Shown: positions 13,058-28,600 of the stretch, in pieces
How the letters are laid out: the number at the start of each line of letters is the position of its first letter
Numbering within the stretch: the stretch's first letter is position 1
Source of the DNA: the human T2T-CHM13v2.0 reference genome, Homo sapiens
Assembly (NCBI RefSeq): GCF_009914755.1
Contig: NC_060925.1
Direction: 5' to 3' (one strand)
DNA length: 64,000 nucleotides
The notes under the pieces: generated by a model
What the model saw: the letters and a program-made list of their open reading frames with translations, nothing else
Told to the model about the DNA's origin: nothing
Databases searched by the model: none
Made by a program: the position numbers and the translations under genes

Positions 13058-16000
13058 ATGAAATTGAAATGGATGGACTCATCATCGAATGGATTCGAAT
13101 GGAATCATCGAATAAAATTGATTGAAATCATCATCCAATGGAATCGAATGGTATCATTGAATGGAATCGAATGGAATCATGATCAGATGGAAATGAATGG
13201 AATCGTCATAGAATGGAATCGAATGGATTCATTGAATGGAATCAGATGGAATCATCGAATGGACTGGAATGGAATCATTGAATGGACTCGAAAGGGATCA
13301 TGATTGAATGGAATTGAATGGAATCATCGAATGGTCTCGATTGGAATCATTATCAAATGGAATCGAATGGAATCACCGAATAGAATCGAATGGAACAATC
13401 ATCGAATGGACTCAAATGGAATTATCCTCAAATGGAATGGAATGGAATTATCGAATGCAATCGAATGGAATTATCGAATGCAATCGAATAGAATCATCGA
13501 ATGGACTCGAATGGAATCATCGAATGGAATGGAATGGAACAGTCAATGAACTCGAATGGAATCATCATTGAATGGAATCGAATGGAATCATCGAGTGGAA
13601 TCGAATGGAATTATGATCAAATGGAATCGAATGTAATCATCATCAAATGGAATCAAAAATAACCATCATCAATTGGTATTGAATGGAATTGTCATCAAAT
13701 GGAATTCAAAGGAATCATCATCAAATGGAACCGAATGGAATCCTCATTGAATGGAAATGAAAGGGGTCATCATCTAATGGAATCACATGGAATCATCATC
13801 AAATGGAATCGAATGGAATCATCATCAAATGGAATCTAATGGAATCATTGAACAGAATTGAATGGAATGGTCATCGAATGAATTGAATGCAATCATCGAA
13901 TGGTCTCGAATGGAATCATCTTCTAATGGAAAGGAATGGAATCATCGCATAGAATCGAATGGAATTATCATCGAATGGAATCGAATGGTATCAACACCAA
14001 ACGGAAAAAAACGGAATTATCGAATGGAATCGAAGAGAATCTTCGAACGGACCCGAATGGAATCATCTAATGGAATGGAATGGAATAATCCATGGACTCG
14101 AATGCAATCATCATCGAATGGAATCGAATGGAATCATCGAATGGACTCGAATGGAATAATCATTGAACGGAATCGAATGGAATCATCATCGGATGGAAAC
14201 GAATGGAATCATCATCGAATGGAAATGAAAGGAGTCATCATCTAATGGAATTGCATGGAATCATCATAAAATGGAATCGAATGGAATCAACATCAAATGG
14301 TATCAAAAGGAATCATTGAACGGAATTGAATGGAATCGTCATCGAATGAATTGACTGCAATCATCGAATGGTCTCGGAATCATCTTCAAATGGAATGGAA
14401 TGGAATCATCGCATAGAATCGAATGGAATTATCATCGAATGGAATCGAATGGAATCAACATCAAACGGAAAAAAACGGAATTATCGAATGGAATCGAAGA
14501 GAATCATCGAATGGACCCGAATGGAATCATCTAATGGAATGGAATGGAATAATCCATGGACTCGAATGCAATCATCATCGAATGGAATCGAATGGAATCA
14601 TCGAATGGACTCGAATGGAATAATCATTGAACGGAATCGAATGGAATCATCATCGGATGGAAATGAATGGAATCATCATCGAATGGAATCGAATAGAATT
14701 ATGGAATGAAATCCAGTGTGATCATCATCGAATGGACCCGAATGGAATCATCATCCAACGGAAGCTAATGGAATCAACATCGAATGAATCGAATGGAAAC
14801 ACCATCGAATTGAAACGAATGGAATTATCATGAAATTGAAATGGATGGACTCATCATCGAATGGATTCGAATGGAATCATCGAATAAAATTGATTGAAAT
14901 CATCATCGAATGGAATCGAATGGTATCATTGAATGGAATCGAAAGGAATCATCATCAGATGGAAATGAATGGAATCGTCATAGAATGGAATCGAATGGAT
15001 TCATTGAATGGAATCAGATGGAATCATCGAATGGACTGGAATGGAATCATTGAATGGACTCGAAAGGGATCATGATTGAATGGAATTGAATGGAATCATC
15101 GAATGGTCTCGATTGGAATCATTATCAAATGGAATCGAATGGAATCACCGAATAGAATCGAATGGAACAATCATCGAATGGACTCAAATGGAATTATCCT
15201 CAAATGGAATCGAATGGAATTATCGAATGCAATCGAATGGAATTATCGAATGCAATCGAATAGAATCATCGAATGGACTCGAATGGAATCATCGAATGGA
15301 ATGGAATGGAACAGTCAATGAACACGAATGGAATCATCATTGAATGGAATCGAATGGAATCATCGAGTGGAATCGAATGGAATTATGATCAAATGGAATC
15401 GAATGTAATCATCATCAAATGGAATCAAAAATAACCATCATCAATTGGTATTGAATGGAATTGTCATCAAATGGAATTCAAAGGAATCATCATCAAATGG
15501 AACCGAATGGAATCCTCATTGAATGGAAATGAAAGGGGTCATCATCTAATGGAATCGCATGGAATCATCATCAAATGGAATCGAATGGAATCATCATCAA
15601 ATGGAATCTAATGGAATCATTGAACAGAATTGAATGGAATCGTCATCGAATGAATTGAATGCAATCATCGAATGGTCTCGAATGGAATCATCTTCTAATG
15701 GAAAGGAATGGAATCATCGCATAGAATCGAATGGAATTATCATCGAATGGAATCGAATGGTATGAACACCAAACGGAAAAAAACGGAATTATCGAATGGA
15801 ATCGAAGAGAATCTTCGAACGGACCCGAATGGAATCATCTAATGGAATGGAATGGAATAATCCATGGACTCGAATGCAATCATCATCGAATGGAATCGAA
15901 TGGAATCATCGAATGGACTCGAATGGAATAATCATTGAACGGAATCGAATGGAATCATCATCGGATGGAAACGAATGGAATCATCATCGAATGGAAATGA

Positions 16001-16605
16001 AAGGAGTCATAATCTAATGCAATTGCATGGAATCATCATCAAATGGAATCGAATGGAATCAACATCAAATGGAATCAAATGGAATCTTTGAACGGAATTG
16101 AATGGAATCGTCATCGAATGAATTGAATGCAATCATCGAATGGTCTCGAATGGAATCATCTTCAAATGGAATGGAATGGAATCATCGCATAGAATCGAAT
16201 GGAATTATCATCGAATGGAATCGAATGGAATCAACATCAAACGGAAAAAAACGGAATTATCGAATGGAATCGAAGAGAATCATCGAATGGACCCGAATGG
16301 AATCATCTAACGGAATGGAATGGAATAATCCATGGACTCGAATGCAATCATCATCGAAGGGAATCGAATGGAATCATCGAATGGACTCGAATGGAATAAT
16401 CATTGAACGGAATCGAATGGAATCATCATCGGATGGAAATGAATGGAATCATCATCGAATGGAATCGAATAGAATTATGGAATGAAATCCAGTGTGATCA
16501 TCATCGAATGGACCCGAATGGAATCATCATCCAACGGAAGCTAATGGAATCAACATCGAATGAATCAAATGGAAACACCATCGAATTGAAACGAATGGAA
16601 TTATC

Positions 16606-19600
16606 ATGAAATTGAAACGGATGGACTCATCATCGAATGGATTCGAATGGAATCATCGAATAAAATTGATTGAAATCATCATCGAATGGAATCGAATGGT
16701 ATCATTGAATGGAATCGAATGGAATCATCATCAGATGGAAATGAATGGAATCGTCATAGAATGGAATCGAAAGGATTCATTGAATGGAATCAGATGGAAT
16801 CATCGAATGGACTGGAATGGAATCATTGAATGGACACGAAAGAGATCATGATTGAATGGAATTGAATGGAATCATCGAATGGTCTCGATTGGAATCATTA
16901 TCAAATGGAATCGAATGGAATCACCGAATAGAATCGAATGGAACAATCATCGAATGGACTCAAATGGAATTATCCTCAAATGGAATGGAATGGAATTATC
17001 GAATGCAATCGAATGGAATTATCGAATGCAATCGAATAGAATCATTGAATGGACTCGAATGGAATAATCATTGAACGGAATCGAATGGAATCATCATCGG
17101 TTGGAAACGAATGGAATCATCATCGAATGGAAATGAAAGGAGTCATCATCTAATGGAATTGCATGGAATCATCATCAAATGGAATCGAATGGAATCAACA
17201 TCAAATGGAATCAAATGGAATCATTGAACGGAATTGAATGGAATCGTCATCGAATGAATTGAATGCAATCATCGAATGGTCTCGAATGGAATCATCTTCA
17301 AATGGAATGGAATGGAATCATCGCATAGAATCGAGTGGAATTATCATCGAATGGAGTCGAATGGAATCAACATCAAACGGAAAAAAACGGAATTATCGAA
17401 TGGAATCGAAGAGAATCTTCGAACGGACCCGAATGGAATCACCTAATGGAATGGAATGGAATAATCTATGGACTCGAATGCAATCATCATCGAATGGAAT
17501 CATCAAATGGACTCGAATGGAATAATCATTGAACGGAATCGAATGGAATCATCATCAGATGGAAATGAATGGAATCATCATCGAATGGAATCGAATAGAA
17601 TTATGGAATGAAATCCAGTGTGATCATCATCGAATGGACCCAAATGGAATCATCATCCAACGGAATCTAATGGAATCAACATCGAATGAATTGAATGGAA
17701 ACACCATCGAATTGAAACGAATGGAATTATCATGAAATTGAAATGGATGGACTCATCATCGAATGGATTGGAATGGAATCATCGAATAAAATTGATTGAA
17801 ATCATCATCAAATGGAATCGAATGGTATCATTGAATGGAATCGAATGGAATCATCATCAGATGGAAATGAATGGAATCGTCATAGAATGGAATCGAATGG
17901 ATTCATTGAATGGAATCAGATGGAATCATCGAATGGACTGGAATGGAATCATTGAATGGACTCGAAAGGGATCATTATTGAATGGAATTGAATGGAATCA
18001 TCGAATGGTCTCGATTGGAATCATTATCAAATGGAAACGAATGGAATCACCGAATAGAATCGAATGGAACAATCATCGAATGGACTCAAATGGAATCATC
18101 CTCAAATGGAATGGAATGGAATTATCGAATGCAATCGAATAGAATCATCGAATGGACTCGAATGGAATCATCGAATGGAATGGAATGGAACAGTCAATGA
18201 ACTCGAATGGAATCATCATTGAATGGAATCGAATGGAATCATCGAGTGGAATCGAATGGAATTATGATCAAATGGAATCTAATGTAATAATCATCAAATG
18301 GAATCAAAAATAACCATCATCAATTGTTATTGAATGGAATTGTCATCAAATGGAATTCAAAGGAATCATCATCAAATGGAACCGAATGGAATCCTCATTG
18401 AATGGAAATGAAAGGGGTCATCATCTAATGGAATCGCATGGAATCATCATCAAATGGAATCGAATGGAATCATCATCAAATGGAATCTGATGGAATCATT
18501 GAACAGAATTGAATGGAATCGTCATCGAATGAATTGAATGCAATCATCGAATGGTCTCGAATGGAATCATCTTCTAATGGAAAGGAATGGAATCATCGCA
18601 TAGAATCGAATGGAATTAACATTGAATGGACTCGAATGGAATCAACATCAAACGGAATCAAGCGGAATTATCGAATGGAATCGAAGAGAATCATCGAATG
18701 GACTCGAATGGAATAATCTAATGGAATTGAATGGAATAATCCACGGACTCGAATGCAATCATCATCGTATAGAATCGAATGGAATCATCGAATGGACTCG
18801 AATGGAATAATCATTGAACGGAATCGAATGGAATCATCATCGGATGGAAACGAATGGAATCATCATCGAATGGAAATGAAAGGAGTCATCATCTAATGGA
18901 ATTGCATGGAATCATCATCAAATGGAATCGAATGGAATCAACAGCAAATGGAATCAAATGGAATCATTGAACGGAATTGAATATCATCATCCAATGAATG
19001 AATGCAATCATCGAATGGTCTCGAATGCAATCATCTTCAAATGGAATGGAATGGAATCATCGCATAGAATCGAATGGAATTATCATCGAATGGAATCGAA
19101 TGGTATCAACATCAAACGGAAAAAAACGGAATTATCGAATGGAATCGAATAGAATCATGGAATGGACCCGAATGGAATCATCTAATGGAATGGAATGGAA
19201 TAATCCACGGACTCGAATGCAATCATCGTCGAATGGAATCGAATGGAATCATCGAATGGACTCGAATGGAATAATCATTGAACAGAATCGAATGGAATCA
19301 TCATCGGATGGAAACGAATGGAATCATCATCGAATGGAAATGAAAGGAGTCATCATCTAATGGAATTGCATCGAATCATCATAAAATGGAATCGAATGGA
19401 ATCAACATCAAATGGAATCAAATGGAATCATTGAACGGAATTGAATGGAATCGTCATCGAATGAATTGAATGCAATCATCGAATGGTCTCGAATGGAATC
19501 ATCTTCAAATGGAATGGAATGGAATCATCGCATAGAATCGAATGGAATTATCATCGAATGGAATCGAATGGAATCAACATCAAACGGAAAAAAACGGAAT

Positions 19601-22600
19601 TATCGAATGGAATCGAATAGAATCATCGAATGGACCCGAATGGAATCATCTAATGGAATGGAATGGAATAATCCGTGGACTCGAATGCAATCATCATCGA
19701 ATATAATCGAATGGAATCATCCAATGGACTCGAATGGAATAATCATTGAACGGAATCGAATGGAATCATCATCGGATGGAAATGAATGGAATCATCATCG
19801 AATGGAATCGAATAGAATTATGGAATGAAATCCAGTGTGATCATCATCGAATGGACCCGAATGGAATCATCATCCAACGAATGCTAATGGAATCAACATC
19901 GAATGAATCAAATGGAAACACCATCGAATTGAAACGAATGGAATTACCATGAAATTGAAATGGATGGACTCATCATCGAATGGATTCGAATGGAATCATC
20001 GAATAAAATTGATTGAAATCATCATCGAATGGAATCGAATGGATTCATTGAATGGAATCAGATGGAATCATCGAATGGACTGGAATGGAATCATTGAATG
20101 GACACGAAAGAGATCATGATTGAATGGAATTGAATGGAATCATCGAATGGTCTCGATTGGAATCATTATCAAATGGAATCGAATGGAATCACCGAATAGA
20201 ATCGAATGGAACAATCATCGAATGGACTCAAATGGAATTATCCTCAAATGGAATGGAATGGAATTATCGAATGCAATCGAATGGAATTATCGAATGCAAT
20301 CGAATAGAATCATTGAATGGACTCGAATGGAATAATCATTGAACGGAATCGAATGGAATCATCATCGGATGGAAACGAATGGAATCATCATCGAATGGAA
20401 ATGAAAGGAGTCATCATCTAATGGAATTGCATGGAATCATCATAAAATGGAATCGAATGGAATCAACATCAAATGGAATCAAATGGAATCATTGAACGGA
20501 ATTGAATGGAATCGTCATCGAATGAATTGAATGCAATCATCGAATGGTCTCGAATGGAATCATCTTCAAATGGAATGGAATGGAATCATCGCATAGAATC
20601 GAATGGAATTATCATCGAATGGAATCGAATGGAATCAACATCAAACGGAAAAAAACGGAATTATCGAATGGAATCGAAGAGAATCATCGAATGGACCCGA
20701 ATGGAATCATCTAATGGAATGGAATGGAATAATCCATGGACTCGAATGCAATCATCATCGAATGGAATCGAATGGAATCATCGAATGGACCCGAATGGAA
20801 TAATCATTGAATGGAATCGAATGGAATCATCATCGGATGGAAATGAAAGGAGTCATCATCTAATGGAATTGCATGGAATCATCATAAAATGGAATCGAAT
20901 GGAATCAACATCAAATGGAATCAAATGGAATCATTGAACGGAATTGAATGGAATCGTGATCGAATGAATTGAATGCAATCATCGAATGGTCTCGAAAGGA
21001 ATCATCTTCAAATGGAATGGAATGGAATCATCGCATAGAATCGAATGGAATTATCATCGAATGGAATCGAATGGAATCAACATCAAACGGAAAAAAACGG
21101 AATTATCGAATGGAATCGAAGAGAATCATCGAATGGACCCGAATGGAATCATCTAATGAAACGGAATGGAATAATCCATGGACTCGAATGCAATCATCAT
21201 CGAATGGAATCGAATGGAATCATCGAATGGACTCGAATGGAATAATCATTGAACGGAATCGAATGGAATCATCATCGGATGGAAATGAATGGAATCATCA
21301 TCGAATGGAATCGAATAGAATTATGGAATGAAATCCAGTGTGATCATCATCGAATGGACCCGAATGGAATCATCATCCAACGGAAGCTAATGGAATCAAC
21401 ATCGAATGAATCAAATGGAAACACCATCGAATTGAAACGAATGGAATTACCATGAAATTGAAATGGATGGACTCATCATCGAATGGATTCGAATGGAATC
21501 ATCGAATAAAATTGATTGAAATCATCATCGAATGGAATCGAATGGTATCATTGAATGGAATCGAATGGAATCATCATCAGATGGAAATGAATGGAATCGT
21601 CATAGAATGGAATCGAATGGATTCATTGAATGGAATCAGATGGAATCATCGAATGGACTGGAATGGAATCATTGAATGGACTCGAAAGGGATCATGATTG
21701 AATGGAATTGAATGGAATCATCGAATGGTCTCGATTGGAATCATTATCAAATGGAATCGAATGGAATCACCGAATAGAATCGAATGGAACAATCATCGAA
21801 TGGACTCAAATGGAATTATCCTCAAATGGAATCGAATGGAATTATCAAATGCAATCGAATGGAATTATCGAATGCAATCGAATAGAATCATCGAATGGAC
21901 TCGAATGGAATCATCGAATGGAATGGAATGGAACAGTCAATGAACTCGAATGGAATCATCATTGAATGGAATCGAATGGAATCATCGAGTGGAATCGAAT
22001 GGAATTATGATCAAATGGAATCGAATGTAATCATCATCAAATGGAATCAAAAATAACCATCATCAATTGGTAATGAATGGAATTGTCATCAAATGGAATT
22101 CAAAGGAATCATCATCAAATGGAACCGAATGGAATCCTCATTGAATGGAAATGAAAGGGGTCATCATCTAATGGAATCGCATGGAATCATCATCAAATGG
22201 AATCGAATGGAATCATCATCAAATGGAATCTAATGGAATCATTGAACAGAATTGAATGGAATCGTCATCGAATGAATTGAATGCAATCATCGAATGGTCT
22301 CGAATGGAATCATCTTCTAATGGAAAGGAATGGAATCATCGCATAGAATCGAATGGAATTATCATCGAATGGAATCGAATGGGATCAACACCAAACGGAA
22401 AAAAACGGAATTATCGAATGGAATCGAAGAGAATCTTCGAACGGACCCGAATGAAATCATCTAATGGAATGGAATGGAATAATCCATGGACTCGAATGCA
22501 ATCATCATCGAATGGAATCAAATGGAATCATCGAATCGACTCGAATGGAATAATCATTGAACGGAATCGAATGGAATCATCATCGGATGGAAACGAATGG

Positions 22601-25600
22601 AATCATCATCGAATGGAAATGAAAGGAGTCATCATCTAATGGAATTGCAAGGAATCATCATAAAATGGATTCGAATGGAATCAACATCAAATGGAATCAA
22701 ATGGAATCATTGAACGGAATTGAATGGAATCGTCATCGAATGAATTGAATGCAATCATCGAATGGTCTCGAAGGGAATCATCTTCAAATGGAATGGAATG
22801 GAATCATCGCATAGAATCGAATGGAATTATCATCGAATGGAATCGAATGGAATCAACATCAAACGGAAAAAAACGGAATTATCGAATGGAATCGAAGAGA
22901 ATCATCGAATGGACCCGAATGGAATCATCTAATGGAATGGAATGGAATAATCCATGGACTCGAATGCAATCATCATCGAATGGAATCGAATGGAATCATC
23001 GAATGGACTCGAATGGAGTAATCATTGAACGGAATCGAATGGAATCATCATCGGATGGAAATGAATGGAATCATCATCGAATGGAATCGAATAGAATTAT
23101 GGAATGAAATCCAGTGTGATCATCATCGAATGGACCCGAATGGAATCATCATCCACCGGAAGCTAATGGAATCAACATCGAATGAATCGAATGGAAACAC
23201 CATCGAATTGAAACGAATGGAATTATCATGAAATTGAAATGGATGGACTCATCATCGAATGGATTCGAATGGAATCATCGAATAAAATTGATTGAAATCA
23301 TCATCCAATGAAATCGAATGGTATCATTGAATGGAATCGAATGGAATCATCATCAGATGGAAATGAATGGAATCGTCATAGAATGGAATCGAATGGATTC
23401 ATTGAATGGAATCAGATGGAATCATCGAATGGACTGGAATGGAATCATTGAATGGACCCGAATGGGATCATGATTGAATGGAATTGAATGGAATCATCGA
23501 ATGGTCTCGATTGGAATCATTATCAAATGGAATCGAATGGAATCACCGAATAGAATCGAATGGAACAATCATCGAATGGACTCAAATGGAATTATCCTCA
23601 AATGGAATCGAATGGAATTATCGAATGCAATCGAATGGAATTATCGAATGCAATCGAATAGAATCATCGAAAGGACTCGAATGGAATCAGCGAATGGAAT
23701 GGAATGGAACAGTCAATGAACTCGAATGGAATCATCATTGAATGGAATCGAATGGAATCATCGAGTGGAATCGAATGGAATTATGATCAAATGGAATCGA
23801 ATGTAATCATCATCAAATGGAATCAAAAATAACCATCATCAATTGGTATTGAATGGAATTGTCATCAAATGGAATTCAAAGGAATCATCATCAAATGGAA
23901 CCGAATGGAATCCTCATTGAATGGAAATGAAAGGGGTCATCATCTAATGGAATCGCATGGAATCATCATCAAATGGAATCGAATGGAATCATCATCAAAT
24001 GGAATCTAATGGAATCATTGAACAGAATTGAATGGAATCGTCATCGAATGAATTGAATGCAATCATCGAATGGTCTCGAATGGAATCATCTTCTAATGGA
24101 AAGGAATGGAATCATCGCATAGAATCGAATGGAATTATCATCGAATGGAATCGAATGGTATCAACACCAAACGGAAAAAAACGGAATTATCGAATGGAAT
24201 CGAAGAGAATCTTCGAACGGACCCGAATGGAATCATCTAATGGAATGGAATGGAATAATCCATGGACTCGAATGCAATCATCATCGAATGGAATCGAATG
24301 GAATCATCGAATGGACTCGAATGGAATAATCATTGAACGGAATCGAATGGAATCATCATCAGATGGAAATGAATGGAATCATCATCGAATGGAATCGAAT
24401 ACAATTACGGAATGAAATCCAGTGTGATCATCATCGAATGGACCCAAATGGAATCATCATCCAACGGAATCTAATGGAATCAACATCGAATGAATCGAAT
24501 GGAAACACCATCGAATTGAAACGAATGGAATTATCATGAAATTGAAATGGATGGACTCATCATCGAATGGATTCGAATGGAATCATCGAATAAAATTGAT
24601 TGAAATCATCATCCAATGGAATCGAATGGTATCATTGAATGGAATCGAATGGAATCATCATCAGATGGAAATGAATGGAATCGTCATAGAATGGAATCGA
24701 ATGGATTCATTGAATGGAATCAGATGGAATCATCGAATGGACTGGAATGGAATCATTGAATGGACTCGAAAGGGATCATAATTGAATGGAATTGAATGGA
24801 ATCATCGAATGGTCTCGATTGGAATCATTACCAAATGGAAACGAATGGAATCACCGAATAGAATCGAATGGAACAATCATCGAATGGACTCAAATGGAAT
24901 TATCCTCAAATGGAATCGAATGGAATTATCGAATGCAATCGAATGGAATTATCGAATGCAATCGAATAGAATCATCGAATGGACTCGAATGGAATCATCG
25001 AATGGAATGGAATGGAACAGTCAATGAACTCGAATGGAATCATCATTGAATGGAATCGAATGGAATCATCGGGTGGAATCGAATGGAATTATGATCAAAT
25101 GGAATCGAATGTAATCATCATCAAATGGAATCAAAAATAACCATCATCAATTGGTATTGAATGGAATTGTCATCAAATGGAATTCAAAGGAATCATCATC
25201 AAATGGAACCGAATGGAATCCTCATTGAATGGAAATGAAAGGGGTCATCATCTAATGGAATCGCATGGAATCATCATCAAATGGAATCGAATGGAATCAT
25301 CATCAAATGGAATCTAATGGAATCATTGAAAAGAATTGAATGGAATCGTCATCGAATGAATTGAATGAAATCATCGAATGGTCTCGAATGGAATCATCTT
25401 CTAATGGGAAGGAATGGAATCATCGCATAGAATCGAATGGAATTATCATCGAATGGAATCGAATGGTATCAACACCAAACGGAAAAAAACGGAATTATCG
25501 AATGGAATCGAAGAGAATCTTCGAACGGACCCGAATGGAATCATCTAATGGAATGGAATGGAATAATCCATGGACTCGAATGCAATCATCATCGAATGGA

Positions 25601-28600
25601 ATCGAATGGAATCATCGAATGGACTCGAATGGAATAATCATTGAACGGAATCGAATGGAATCATCATCGGATGGAAACGAATGGAATCATCATCGAATGG
25701 AAATGAAAGGAGTCATCATCTAATGGAATTGCATGGAATCATCATAAAATGGAATCGAATGGAATCAACATCAAATGGAATCAAATGGAATCATTGAACG
25801 GAATTGAATGGAATCGTCATCGAATGAATTGACTGCAATCATCGAATGGTCTCGAATGGAATCATCTTCAAATGGAATGGAATGGAATCATCGCATAGAA
25901 TCGAATGGAATTATCATCGAATGGAATCGAATGGAATCAACATCAAACGGAAAAAAACGGAATTATCGAATGGAATCGAAGAGAATCATCGAATGGACCC
26001 GAATGGAATCATCTAATGGAATGGAATGGAATAATCCATGGACTCGAATGCAATCATCATCGAATGGAATCGAATGGAATCATCGAATGGACTCGAATGG
26101 AGTAATCATTGAACGGAATCGAATGGAATCATCATCGGATGGAAATGAATGGAATCATCATCGAATGGAATCGAATAGAATTATGGAATGAAATCCAGTG
26201 TGATCATCATCGAATGGACCCGAATGGAATCATCATCCACCGGAAGCTAATGGAATCAACATCGAATGAATCGAATGGAAACACCATCGAATTGAAACGA
26301 ATGGAATTATCATGAAATTGAAATGGATGGACTCATCATCGAATGGATTCGAATGGAATCATCGAATAAAATTGATTGAAATCATCATCCAATGGAATCG
26401 AATGGTATCATTGAATGGAATCGAATGGAATCATCATCAGATGGAAATGAATGGAATCGTCATAGAATGGAATCGAATGGATTCATTGAATGGAATCAGA
26501 TGGAATCATCGAATGGACTGGAATGGAATCATTGAATGGACCCGAATGGGATCATGATTGAATGGAATTGAATGGAATCATCGAATGGTCTCGATTGGAA
26601 TCATTATCAAATGGAATCGAATGGAATCACCGAATAGAATCGAATGGAACAATCATCGAATGGACTCAAATGGAATTATCCTCAAATGGAATCGAATGGA
26701 ATTATCGAATGCAATCGAATGGAATTATCGAATGCAATCGAATAGAATCATCGAAAGGACTCGAATGGAATCAGCGAATGGAATGGAATGGAACAGTCAA
26801 TGAACTCGAATGGAATCATCATTGAATGGAATCGAATGGAATCATCGAGTGGAATCGAATGGAATTATGATCAAATGGAATCGAATGTAATCATCATCAA
26901 ATGGAATCAAAAATAACCATCATCAATTGGTATTGAATGGAATTGTCATCAAATGGAATTCAAAGGAATCATCATCAAATGGAACCGAATGGAATCCTCA
27001 TTGAATGGAAATGAAAGGGGTCATCATCTAATGGAATCGCATGGAATCATCATCAAATGGAATCGAATGGAATCATCATCAAATGGAATCTAATGGAATC
27101 ATTGAACAGAATTGAATGGAATCGTCATCGAATGAATTGAATGCAATCATCGAATGGTCTCGAATGGAATCATCTTCTAATGGAAAGGAATGGAATCATC
27201 GCATAGAATCGAATGGAATTATCATCGAATGGAATCGAATGGTATCAACACCAAACGGAAAAAAACGGAATTATCGAATGGAATCGAAGAGAATCTTCGA
27301 ACGGACCCGAATGGAATCATCTAATGGAATGGAATGGAATAATCCATGGACTCGAATGCAATCATCATCGAATGGAATCGAATGGAATCATCGAATGGAC
27401 TCGAATGGAATAATCATTGAACGGAATCGAATGGAATCATCATCAGATGGAAATGAATGGAATCATCATCGAATGGAATCGAATACAATTACGGAATGAA
27501 ATCCAGTGTGATCATCATCGAATGGACCCAAATGGAATCATCATCCAACGGAATCTAATGGAATCAACATCGAATGAATCGAATGGAAACACCATCGAAT
27601 TGAAACGAATGGAATTATCATGAAATTGAAATGGATGGACTCATCATCGAATGGATTCGAATGGAATCATCGAATAAAATTGATTGAAATCATCATCCAA
27701 TGGAATCGAATGGTATCATTGAATGGAATCGAATGGAATCATCATCAGATGGAAATGAATGGAATCGTCATAGAATGGAATCGAATGGATTCATTGAATG
27801 GAATCAGATGGAATCATCGAATGGACTGGAATGGAATCATTGAATGGACTCGAAAGGGATCATAATTGAATGGAATTGAATGGAATCATCGAATGGTCTC
27901 GATTGGAATCATTACCAAATGGAAACGAATGGAATCACCGAATAGAATCGAATGGAACAATCATCGAATGGACTCAAATGGAATCATCCTCAAATGGAAT
28001 GGAATGGAATTATCGAATGCAATCGAATAGAATCATCGAATGGACTCGAATGGAATCATCGAATGGAATGGAATGGAACAGTCAATGAACTCGAATGGAA
28101 TCATCATTGAATGGAATCGAATGGAATCATCGAGTGGAATCGAATGGAATTATGATCAAATGGAATCTAATGTAATAATCATCAAATGGAATCAAAAATA
28201 ACCATCATCAATTGGTATTGAATGGAATTGTCATCAAATGGAATTCAAAGGAATCATCATCAAATGGAACCGAATGGAATCCTCATTGAATGGAAATGAA
28301 AGGGGTCATCATCTAATGGAATCGCATGGAATCATCATCAAATGGAATCGAATGGAATCATCATCAAATGGAATCTGATGGAATCATTGAACAGAATTGA
28401 ATGGAATCGTCATCGAATGAATTGAATGCAATCATCGAATGGTCTCGAATGGAATCATCTTCTAATGGAAAGGAATGGAATCATCGCATAGAATCGAATG
28501 GAATTAACATTGAATGGACTCGAATGGAATCAACATCAAACGGAATCAAGCGGAATTATCGAATGGAATCGAAGAGAATCATCGAATGGACTCGAATGGA

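Larger units (their letters stand above)
9532..16605 (+). repeat. Run of four near-canonical units (1750, 1776, 1772, 1776 bp)
   Basis: Anchor spacing; a 26-bp deletion near 10270 and a 4-bp deletion near 14375. Confidence 0.9.
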
